The notes under the pieces: generated by a model | What the model saw: the letters and a program-made list of their open reading frames with translations, nothing else | Told to the model about the DNA's origin: nothing | Database searches by the model: none | Part shown: positions 1 to 4,944 of the stretch, piece by piece | Numbering within the stretch: position 1 is the stretch's first letter | How the letters are laid out: the number at the start of each line of letters is the position of its first letter | Virus record (IMG/VR): IMGVR_UViG_648276662_000020 | Direction: 5' to 3' (one strand) | DNA: 4,944 nt | Source of the DNA: a virus | Lineage: Duplodnaviria; Heunggongvirae; Uroviricota; Caudoviricetes | Translations under genes and position numbers: made by a program

Positions 1-35
1 CCCCCCCCCCCCCCCCCCCCGGGGTGGGGGGGGCG
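1..35. repeat. Homopolymer block: C20 followed by G-rich run (GGGGTGGGGGGGGCGG); probable sequencing/cloning artefact or contig edge
   Basis: Directly visible: 20 consecutive C, then 16 nt that are G except one T and one C. No coding potential; no resemblance to any motif I recognise. Confidence 0.9.
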
Positions 36-62
36 GTTTTAATGCAGTTGCACTGACACGCT

Positions 63-90
63 CAGACCGCGCCGGGAATGGTGCGGTCTG
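63..90. other. Inverted repeat / stem-loop (8-bp stem CAGACCGC / GCGGTCTG, 12-nt loop) in the region distal to psu
   Basis: Perfect 8-bp reverse-complement arms at 63-70 and 83-90. No flanking T-run, so not called a terminator. Confidence 0.4.
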
Positions 91-118
91 CAGAAAATGA
101 GGCAGGAAAACGCATGCA

Positions 119-150
119 AAGCCATGCACCTTATCGATGCATGGCTTTTT
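119..150. terminator. Candidate bidirectional intrinsic terminator (9-bp stem AGCCATGCA / TGCATGGCT, 9-nt loop, T-run on + strand; interrupted U-tract on - strand)
   Basis: Stem 119-127 pairs with 137-145, followed by TTTTT at 146-150. It lies 35-60 nt downstream of the psu stop on the minus strand, where the minus-strand read-out after the stem is TTTGCATGCGTTTTCC. Confidence 0.5.
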
Positions 151-181
151 TCAGTAAAAACGGGAGGATTTTCGGGGAATT

Positions 182-755
182 TTACACAGACTGACGTGAT
201 GCCAGTTGCGCACTTTTACGCGAAAAAATCATGTTCTGCGCAGGGGTGAATTTTTCACGGCTGTCATCCACCGAAGCCGCGTCAGGCCTGAATCCGATGG
301 TCGTTAAAATGTCACTATCCTGTGCGGAATAATTAATTTTTTCCCCCCTTCGCAAGCCAGGACAGAAGGGCTTCACGCAGGGCATCTGTGGCACGCTGTA
401 TGGCACAGTTTCGGGCAATGGCCGTCAGCTCACTGTAGCCCATCAGCTCCGGTGCCAGTGCCGCCGCCAGTGCTGTGCCGTGCTGCTGCATAAAATCATT
501 CAGCCGGTCGCGGATGCTGATGTGCTGAACGGCTTCATGCGAACGAATATAACGACCGGCGGCCTGATTCACCTGCCATTTTCTGACTTCGATAATATTG
601 CGTAATTCGTCCAGGCGACTGACGTTTCTGCCTTCTCCTGACTGAAGCCGCAGATATTCCTGTTCGGCCGCAGCCAGCTCATTTTTGCGTTGCAGCCATG
701 CTGCTTTGTTATTCTGACAGGTGTCAAAGGCCTGCTGTAAGGCTGTGCTTTCCAT
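182..755 (-). pseudogene. psu: psu (polarity suppression / capsid decoration protein, Rho antagonist), interrupted by a +1 frameshift in a G6A6 homopolymer at about 336-347
   Basis: ORF 333..755 (140 aa, ending ...WLAKGGKN*) and the C-terminal 53 aa of ORF 182..418 (EKINYSAQ...RQSV) are in adjacent frames. Removing one base from the run GGGGGGAAAAAA joins them into exactly 190 aa, the length I recall for P4 Psu. Position immediately downstream of delta fits the sid-delta-psu operon. Confidence 0.75.
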
Positions 756-828
756 CGTTATCTCTTTCTCATCATGCTGAAGAATAAAAATACGGTGTGC
801 GGCGACGGCCGGTGTTAACCGGCAGCCC

Positions 829-1329
829 TCATTCCAGACGCAGCGAATATGATTGTGTTTTTAACCGTACTGGCGGCAGTTCCTGTTTTTCATGCAGGCT
901 TTCTGCAAGCTCGTCCGGCGTGACCGGGCGGACAATGAAGCGGTTGATGGTCTGAAGCGTTTTAAACACCAGACCACAGCCCGGATCCGTGCACACATAA
1001 AAACGCTCGGTGACTTCCTGAGACAGACGCCGCGATGTTCTTGACAGCGCAAGGCCTTTACATCTCCGACAACAATATCCGGTAACAAGCATTCTTTTCG
1101 GGCGCTTCATGCTGCCGGAGGCTGACGTCAGTGAATCGCGGTATCTCTGTTTGCCTGAAATGTATTCCATTCCTGAATCTTTACAGTCAGAGAAAAAGCT
1201 TTCACTCGCTTCAAATGTCGCAGAGCAATAAATATTCCGGCACTGTGCAATCATTATCTTGGTGCCATCGTCCATGAAATGTGCGCGACGGGTATGAGCA
1301 ACATGTCCACACGACGGGCAGTAAATCAT
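829..1329 (-). CDS. delta: delta: late-gene transactivator, tandem duplication of an Ogr-type zinc-finger domain (166 aa)
   Basis: Two C-x2-C ... C-x4-C motifs (CPSCG...CRNIYC and CCRRCKG...CTDPGC) in a 166-aa protein, as expected for P4 Delta. The start ATG overlaps the sid stop (ATGA), indicating translational coupling. Confidence 0.85.
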   Translation of the reverse strand: MIYCPSCGHVAHTRRAHFMDDGTKIMIAQCRNIYCSATFEASESFFSDCKDSGMEYISGKQRYRDSLTSASGSMKRPKRMLVTGYCCRRCKGLALSRTSRRLSQEVTERFYVCTDPGCGLVFKTLQTINRFIVRPVTPDELAESLHEKQELPPVRLKTQSYSLRLE

Positions 1330-2060
1330 GACAGCAGTCCTCTGGCCTTAAGCTCTGCTCCCTGCTGGTCTATTTTGTCCTGCCACACCTTGCGCTGTGC
1401 CGGTGTGCCTGCCACCTCATAATCCATGTGCGGGAGTGTTGCCGCTGACAGTCCGGTCAGCCGGAGAACCGGCTCGCCGGTGAGGCTGATTTGCATCTGT
1501 TTTATTTTCTGTTCCAGCGATGATTTCACCTGCTGCATGACAGCCGTATCGGGTGCGACGTAGCCCTGATGCCCGGTGGTGTTGGCGAGCGGATTTTCCT
1601 GTACCAGAATGCTCAGATGCATTGCCCGGACAAGCGCCTCACAGGTTTCATTCAGGGCGTGTTCCAGCTCATGCTCTGCATACAGACTCAGAAGGTGATG
1701 ATGTGCCTTCCGGTAGGCGGTGGCCGTGCTGTCACACGCCCCTTTCAGGCGTTCGCGTTCAAAATTCAGCACCACGGCCAGATTGTCATATTCCTGTACC
1801 AGCTCCCGGCGTGCCACGCGCTCAATGTGGCGCTGTTTCAGCTCGTCGCTCAGGACACCACCGGCTGCACGAAAGGCCGTGCGCCAGTCGTCAGCGTCGT
1901 TTCCGTCGGCCTGCGTCAGCGCATTTTTTTCCTGCTCTGCCCGTTCAATGGCCGTGACGGTCTCATCCATCAGGCGGGCGTTCTCAAGATGGGCGGCTCT
2001 GGCCTTTTCCAGTTGTGCCAGTGCGGGTTGCAGATATTCAGGGATAGTGTGGTCAGACAT
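1326..2060 (-). CDS. sid: sid: capsid size-determination (external scaffold) protein, 244 aa from ATG at 2058-2060
   Basis: The ORF track gives 250 aa from an upstream ATG. I prefer the internal ATG (MSDHTIPEY...) because a GAGGAG Shine-Dalgarno sits 6-11 nt upstream and 244 aa matches the recalled Sid length. First gene of the leftward late operon. Confidence 0.8.
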   Translation of the reverse strand: MSDHTIPEYLQPALAQLEKARAAHLENARLMDETVTAIERAEQEKNALTQADGNDADDWRTAFRAAGGVLSDELKQRHIERVARRELVQEYDNLAVVLNFERERLKGACDSTATAYRKAHHHLLSLYAEHELEHALNETCEALVRAMHLSILVQENPLANTTGHQGYVAPDTAVMQQVKSSLEQKIKQMQISLTGEPVLRLTGLSAATLPHMDYEVAGTPAQRKVWQDKIDQQGAELKARGLLS

Positions 2061-2085
2061 TTTCCGGCTCCTCGTCACTTCAGGT

Positions 2086-2150
2086 TAAGAAAATTGTGAC
2101 GTACACCGGACAACAACACGACACATTGCAGATGTGCCAGTCCTGACACA
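2086..2150 (-). promoter_or_regulatory. Psid-like late promoter: Delta/Ogr activator site TGT-N12-ACA at 2133-2150, -10-like CACAAT (minus strand, 2094-2099)
   Basis: TGT-N12-ACA is the established recognition dyad of Ogr/Delta activators, centred near -55. Centre at 2141.5 predicts a TSS near 2086, giving a ~26-nt leader to the sid ATG. Confidence 0.5.
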
Positions 2151-2227
2151 GGAGACTCATCCTCACACCGGCAAGCCAGGAAAAGGTCACAGGAAAAACC
2201 GGCTTACTGTTTGTTTTTTATATTTTA

Positions 2228-2333
2228 CTGTTCACCTCTGTTCACCTTAATAAAAAAGATAAGTAATACAGTAAGTTAAAGGGTGAACAATCGCAGTAAT
2301 GACTGTTTACCGTCTATTCACCACTGTTCACCC
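2228..2333. repeat. Replication-origin-like iteron cluster (P4 ori-type): octamer TGTTCACC in direct and inverted copies
   Basis: Perfect TGTTCACC at 2229-2236, 2239-2246 and 2325-2332; inverted copy GGTGAACA at 2282-2289; one-mismatch copies at 2304-2311 and 2315-2322. An AT-rich stretch follows (about 2370-2460). TGTTCACC is the alpha-protein binding octamer of P4 ori/crr as I recall it. Confidence 0.6.
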
Positions 2334-2436
2334 GTTGATGGGCTTTTTGTGCTGTTTACTACTGTTTGTTTTTATTAATTCGCCGGGAATGAATAAGAAA
2401 AAACGATTTGTATTTCACTATAAAAATTACGAATTG

Positions 2437-2466
2437 CTTTAAGTGGCTTTAAATGACTTTAAGTGG
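2437..2466. repeat. Three tandem 10-bp repeats (CTTTAAGTGG / CTTTAAATGA / CTTTAAGTGG) at the edge of the AT-rich region
   Basis: Directly visible head-to-tail 10-mers; units 1 and 3 are identical, unit 2 differs at 2 positions. Function unknown (origin unwinding element or regulator binding site). Confidence 0.6.
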
Positions 2467-2491
2467 AGATGAACAAAAAACACACAAGCAT

Positions 2492-2556
2492 TGTAAGGCT
2501 GCCGGAACAAATCCCCCCTGTTGCGTCTGCTGAAAATATTTACAAAATAAAGCGCT
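2492..2556 (+). promoter_or_regulatory. PLL-like Delta/Ogr-dependent late promoter upstream of vis: TGT-N12-ACA at 2492-2509, -10-like TACAAAAT at 2541-2548
   Basis: The dyad centre (2500.5) predicts a TSS near 2555, about 395 nt upstream of the predicted PLE start, matching the ~400-nt PLL-PLE spacing reported for P4. The -10-like sequence resembles that of the Psid candidate. Confidence 0.45.
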
Positions 2557-2611
2557 ACCCGAAGCCGGACGGACTTATCCGGTGCTGTATGGACATTAAC
2601 GAGGTAGCCCG

Positions 2612-2878
2612 ATGCAAGCTGTTTTTTCTTCCCCGTCTCCCGCCCCTGTGACACCACTGATGCCGCTGCCGGACATCACGCAGGAGCGTTTTTTACGTCT
2701 GCCGGAAGTGATGCACCTGTGCGGCCTGTCACGCTCGACCATCTATGAACTCATCCGTAAGGGGGAATTTCCGCCGCAGGTGAGTCTTGGCGGTAAAAAT
2801 GTGGCCTGGCTGCACTCTGAAGTCACCGCATGGATGGCCGGGCGCATCGCCGGACGCAAACGGGGGTACGACGCATGA
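2612..2878 (+). CDS. vis: vis: AlpA/Vis-family helix-turn-helix regulator / excisionase-like protein (88 aa)
   Basis: 88-aa ORF with a GAGG Shine-Dalgarno 7 nt upstream; the central segment [28 protein letters not shown] is typical of AlpA-family HTH proteins. Position and size match P4 vis (orf88), the first gene after PLL. Confidence 0.8.
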   Translation: MQAVFSSPSPAPVTPLMPLPDITQERFLRLPEVMHLCGLSRSTIYELIRKGEFPPQVSLGGKNVAWLHSEVTAWMAGRIAGRKRGYDA

Positions 2879-3474
2879 TGATGCCCGCTCTGCAAAAACT
2901 CCCTTTTTCTGGCTTGCCTTTTTCCGGCATTTGCGGATATAGTTTTTCCGCTGTCGCAAAATCGGCAGCCGGGCGTGGAAACCCGTGTAACTCGAAGGCG
3001 ACATATGACGCGCCATGCGTCTTTTTTTGTGTCGCAATCAACGCCACAGAGCGCCAGATTATGGTGTGGTGTGTGGTCAGTCGTGCAGATGGCATTCCGT
3101 GCATCCTGCCCGCGTCCGCTCATTATGCCGCAGAGTCAATGGTAGCTCAGGCGGGGCAGCCTCCGGGCTGGCCGGTATTCTTCGAGGCCGGTATTTCCAC
3201 CCCCGTCTGGGCTATCGCCATTGAGCGTGGAAACTCCGGCTATAGCAGTTATTTGCTACTCGAAGGAGGCTGCCTTATGGCTACAACCCTTACCCCCTCA
3301 CACCCTGAATTTGTCTTTGTGTTTGCGGCTGTCCGTCGTGCAGACCGTCATCCCCGTATCTGTATGCTTCGCACCGTCGCCGGTGATGAACGCAGTGCCC
3401 GCCGTTCCCTTGTCCGTGACTATGTGCTCTCCCTTGCTGCCCGTCTGCCGGTGATGGGGGTGTCCCGTGCGTAA
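2875..3474 (+). CDS. eta: eta: long ORF beginning upstream of PLE, with kil as its in-frame terminal part (197-199 aa depending on which of three consecutive ATGs is used)
   Basis: Three consecutive ATG codons at 2875-2883 overlap the vis stop (ATGATGATG) and give 199/198/197 aa, matching the description of P4 eta as I recall it. I reject the ORF-track start at 2830 because it lies inside vis. High-GC non-coding RNA sequence is embedded, so coding status rests largely on the literature. Confidence 0.55.
   Translation: MMMPALQKLPFSGLPFSGICGYSFSAVAKSAAGRGNPCNSKATYDAPCVFFCVAINATERQIMVWCVVSRADGIPCILPASAHYAAESMVAQAGQPPGWPVFFEAGISTPVWAIAIERGNSGYSSYLLLEGGCLMATTLTPSHPEFVFVFAAVRRADRHPRICMLRTVAGDERSARRSLVRDYVLSLAARLPVMGVSRA
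2914..2950 (+). promoter_or_regulatory. PLE-like sigma70 promoter: -35 TTGCCT (2914-2919), 18-nt spacer, -10 TATAGT (2938-2943)
   Basis: Hexamer match and spacing read from the sequence. Lies just upstream of the seqA-like element and about 330 nt upstream of kil. Adjacent repeated CCTTTTTC (2902-2909, 2917-2924) could be a regulator site. Confidence 0.4.
3007..3028 (+). terminator. Intrinsic-terminator-like hairpin (GACGC / GCGTC stem, 5-nt loop) followed by T7, immediately downstream of the seqA-like element
   Basis: Stem 3007-3011 pairs with 3017-3021; T-run 3022-3028. The short stem makes it a weak candidate; it may act as an attenuator or pause site in the PLE leader. Confidence 0.3.
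3165..3210 (+). ncRNA. cI: Candidate core of the cI-type immunity RNA (seqB-like), complementary to the seqA-like (2971-2998) and seqC-like (3224-3268) elements; ends not determinable
   Basis: The reverse complement of 3172-3200 contains GTGGAAA...CTCGAAG. Both blocks also occur in direct orientation at 2975-2981 / 2991-2997 and 3227-3233 / 3259-3265. This matches the P4 immunity arrangement in which CI RNA pairs with seqA and seqC on the nascent transcript. Confidence 0.4.
3277..3474 (+). CDS. kil: kil: 65-aa host-killing peptide, first gene translated from PLE transcripts
   Basis: ATG at 3277-3279 preceded by a strong Shine-Dalgarno GAAGGAGG (3262-3269), giving exactly 65 aa, the size reported for P4 Kil. 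The Shine-Dalgarno lies inside the seqC-like element. Confidence 0.6.
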   Translation: MATTLTPSHPEFVFVFAAVRRADRHPRICMLRTVAGDERSARRSLVRDYVLSLAARLPVMGVSRA

Positions 3475-3754
3475 TAAAAAAGCCCCTCAGACCGTCTCAG
3501 CGCGTCATGACGCCCGTGAACACCTCAGCATTGAGGCTTACCATAAGCTCAACCGCGCCAGCGCCGTATCCCAGTTTGTTGGGGGTGATTTGATTCACCG
3601 TGAACTCTCCGGCCTGCATCAGCTCTACATTCCGCATATTTTCAGCTACCTGAATGAAGATATTGATTTTGTGCTGAATGAGCTGAAAGCCAAAGGCCTG
3701 TGCCGCGATTTTCTCGCCCAGCAGAAAGACCGGGGAGACAGGACGCATGTTTGA
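3467..3754 (+). CDS. epsilon: epsilon: small protein (95 aa from GTG), candidate derepressor/antirepressor of the helper prophage
   Basis: The ORF has no in-frame ATG; GTG at 3467-3469 overlaps the kil stop and is preceded by a G-rich stretch. Its stop overlaps the next ORF start (ATGTTTGA). Identity is inferred from position between kil and the 151-aa ORF; the start codon is uncertain. Confidence 0.55.
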   Translation: MRNKKAPQTVSARHDAREHLSIEAYHKLNRASAVSQFVGGDLIHRELSGLHQLYIPHIFSYLNEDIDFVLNELKAKGLCRDFLAQQKDRGDRTHV

Positions 3755-4202
3755 TTTTCCCCAGCCCGGTGAGATTTACCGTTCTGCCGGTTTTCCCGAT
3801 GTGGCCGTGGTCGGCATTCTGGAAGACGGTATTCCGTGGGAAATGCCGTACCGCTGCCCGGAAATTGTCTGGAACCCGTACCGCCGTAAATTCAGTATCC
3901 TTGTGCGTATCCTCGCCGACGGGCGCACCACAGACATCCCGCTGGGGCGTTTTCTGAGGGAATTTACCTGTGACCGTCCTGACCTGTTTAAACGCAGCCC
4001 CGTAAACCGGCATGCGGTACTGAAAGAAATGGCCGGAGACCCGGAATTACAGAAATGGCGGGAGAAATATCTGGATATTTACCCGCAGGACACTGTTCCG
4101 GTCAGCCGGGCGGCACCGGTGGCGCGGGAATGGCGGGAAATTCCCCGCACGGAGCCTGACCCGGAAATCACCCCGGATAACAGTTACCGCAATTATCTGT
4201 AA
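3747..4202 (+). CDS. Conserved hypothetical protein of the left operon (151 aa; orf151 in P4 nomenclature)
   Basis: ATG with Shine-Dalgarno GGGGAGA 8 nt upstream; length and position match P4 orf151. Function unknown. Confidence 0.75.
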   Translation: MFDFPQPGEIYRSAGFPDVAVVGILEDGIPWEMPYRCPEIVWNPYRRKFSILVRILADGRTTDIPLGRFLREFTCDRPDLFKRSPVNRHAVLKEMAGDPELQKWREKYLDIYPQDTVPVSRAAPVAREWREIPRTEPDPEITPDNSYRNYL

Positions 4203-4230
4203 TTAAAAAACGACACCCGAAAAATTAAAT

Positions 4231-4256
4231 GTGCGTATTCGCGCAGGGATACGCAC
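4231..4256 (+). other. Stem-loop (8-bp stem GTGCGTAT / ATACGCAC, 10-nt loop) in the intergenic region after the 151-aa ORF, without a T-run
   Basis: Perfect inverted repeat read from the sequence. It is not followed by a U-tract, so it is more likely an RNA processing/stability element or protein site than an intrinsic terminator. Confidence 0.4.
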
Positions 4257-4337
4257 GTCTTCAGGAGACGCAGATATGCCTTATCAGTTAATGCAACCGG
4301 CACGGAATGCAGTCATCTGTCACAGGGAGGAAAGCAA

Positions 4338-4658
4338 ATGAAAACACCCTTACCGCCCGTCTTACGCGCAGCCCTTTACCGTCGCGCTGTCGCCTGTGCC
4401 TGGCTGACCGTGTGCGAACGTCAGCACCGCTACCCGCATCTCACCCTTGAATCACTGGAGGCGGCCATCGCCGCTGAGCTGGAAGGCTTTTATCTGCGCC
4501 AGCACGGTGAGGAAAAAGGGCGTCAGATAGCCTGTGCCCTGCTGGAAGATTTAATGGAATCCGGCCCCCTGAAGGCCGCGCCGTCGCTGTCCTTTCTCGG
4601 GCTGGTTGTGATGGATGAACTCTGTGCCCGTCACATAAAAGCGCCGGTACTGCACTGA
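4338..4658 (+). CDS. Conserved hypothetical protein of the left operon (106 aa; orf106 in P4 nomenclature)
   Basis: ATG with Shine-Dalgarno GGGAGG 8 nt upstream; ends 14 nt before the alpha start. Function unknown. Confidence 0.75.
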
Positions 4659-4672
4659 AGGAGAACAACACC

Positions 4673-4944
4673 ATGAAAATGAACGTAACCGCCACCGTCA
4701 GCCATGCGCTCGGCCACTGGCCGCGTATTCTCCCGGCGCTGGGGATTCAGGTGCTGAAAAACCGTCATCAGCCCTGTCCGGTCTGTGGCGGGAGTGACCG
4801 CTTCCGTTTTGATGGCAGGGAGGGGCGCGGCACCTGGTACTGCAATCAGTGTGGTGCCGGTGACGGCCTGAAACTGGTTGAAAAGGTGTTTGGTGTCTCC
4901 CCGTCCGACGCGGCCACAAAGGTGGCTGCCGTGACCGGCAGCCT
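4673..4944 (+). CDS. alpha: alpha: replication primase-helicase, N-terminal 90 codons only (zinc-ribbon primase domain); continues beyond the window
   Basis: ATG at 4673 with Shine-Dalgarno AAGGAG at 4658-4663. The translation MKMNVTATVSHALGHWPRILPALGIQVLKNRHQPCPVCGG...WYCNQCGAGDG carries a C-x2-C ... C-x2-C zinc-binding motif typical of P4-alpha-type primases. The frame stays open to the window end. Confidence 0.9.
   Translation, partial: MKMNVTATVSHALGHWPRILPALGIQVLKNRHQPCPVCGGSDRFRFDGREGRGTWYCNQCGAGDGLKLVEKVFGVSPSDAATKVAAVTGS

Noticed and set aside
808-823. Short palindrome GCCGG-TGTTAA-CCGGC between delta and psu as a terminator
   Set aside because: Only a 5-bp stem with no adjacent U-tract, and it sits inside an operon where read-through into psu is expected.
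861-1088. Minus-strand 75-aa ORF inside delta in another frame
   Set aside because: It is fully contained within delta, which has the diagnostic tandem zinc-finger motifs. No independent start signal.
2060-2078. Upstream ATG extending sid to 250 aa (MTRSRK...)
   Set aside because: The internal ATG at 2058-2060 has a GAGGAG Shine-Dalgarno at the right spacing and gives the expected 244 aa. The extension would put the start inside the predicted promoter leader.
1553-2099. Three plus-strand ORFs (1553..1957, 1569..2099, 1720..2088; 122-176 aa) antisense to sid
   Set aside because: They overlap the well-supported sid gene on the opposite strand, lack convincing ribosome-binding sites and have low-complexity R/S/A-rich translations typical of antisense frames in GC-rich coding DNA.
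2228-2466. Iteron cluster and tandem 10-mers as a possible CRISPR array or mobile-element terminal repeats
   Set aside because: The repeats are 8-10 bp, irregularly spaced and in both orientations, with no spacer-like unique units of 20-40 bp. The pattern fits replication-origin iterons, not CRISPR or IS ends.
2439-2657. ORFs 2463..2651 (+, 62 aa) and 2439..2657 (-, 72 aa) across the PLL region
   Set aside because: They span the tandem repeats, the activator dyad and the vis ribosome-binding site. The sequence is AT-rich regulatory DNA and there is no supporting start signal.
2830-2874. First ATG of the 214-aa ORF-track frame as the eta start
   Set aside because: It lies within the vis coding sequence. 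The ATG triplet at 2875-2883 overlaps the vis stop and gives the expected 197-199 aa.
2729-3123. Three minus-strand ORFs (93-126 aa) antisense to vis/eta
   Set aside because: They are antisense to a plus-strand operon with strong start signals, and cross the predicted PLE promoter and seqA element. Translations are Arg/Cys/His-rich, typical of spurious frames.
3005-3454. Plus-strand ORFs 3015..3224 (69 aa) and 3221..3454 (77 aa), and a 46-codon frame from ATG 3005, as candidate kil
   Set aside because: They run through the seqB-like RNA region in frames with low-complexity translations. The 65-aa frame at 3277 has a far stronger ribosome-binding site and the expected length.
3497-4013. ORFs 3497..3748 (-), 3642..4013 (-) and 3700..3957 (+) overlapping epsilon and the 151-aa ORF
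   Set aside because: They are antisense or out of frame relative to a translationally coupled plus-strand gene chain, with no start signals.
4441-4919. Minus-strand ORFs 4441..4695 and 4698..4919 antisense to orf106 and alpha
   Set aside because: They are antisense to the alpha N-terminus, whose zinc-ribbon motif and ribosome-binding site are clear. Pro/Arg-rich translations are typical of GC-rich antisense frames.

Overview
This window reads as the conserved core of a phage-P4-type satellite (phage-plasmid), running from the 3' end of psu to the first 90 codons of the alpha primase gene. Minus strand: the late operon sid-delta-psu, with psu broken by a +1 frameshift in a G6A6 homopolymer. 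Centre: two candidate Delta/Ogr-type late promoters (TGT-N12-ACA motifs) flanking a cluster of TGTTCACC iterons that looks like the replication origin, then the immunity region. Plus strand: vis, nested eta/kil with an embedded cI-type immunity RNA region (seqA/seqB/seqC complementarity), epsilon, two small ORFs (151 and 106 aa) and the start of alpha with a zinc-ribbon motif. Gene names rest on ORF structure, motifs, exact protein lengths and recalled P4 literature; no database search was possible. I do not see an unexplained cargo or defence module in this window: the variable hotspot of P4-like elements (between psu and int) would lie left of position 1. The first ~35 nt (C20 then a G-run) look like an artefact or a clone/contig boundary.
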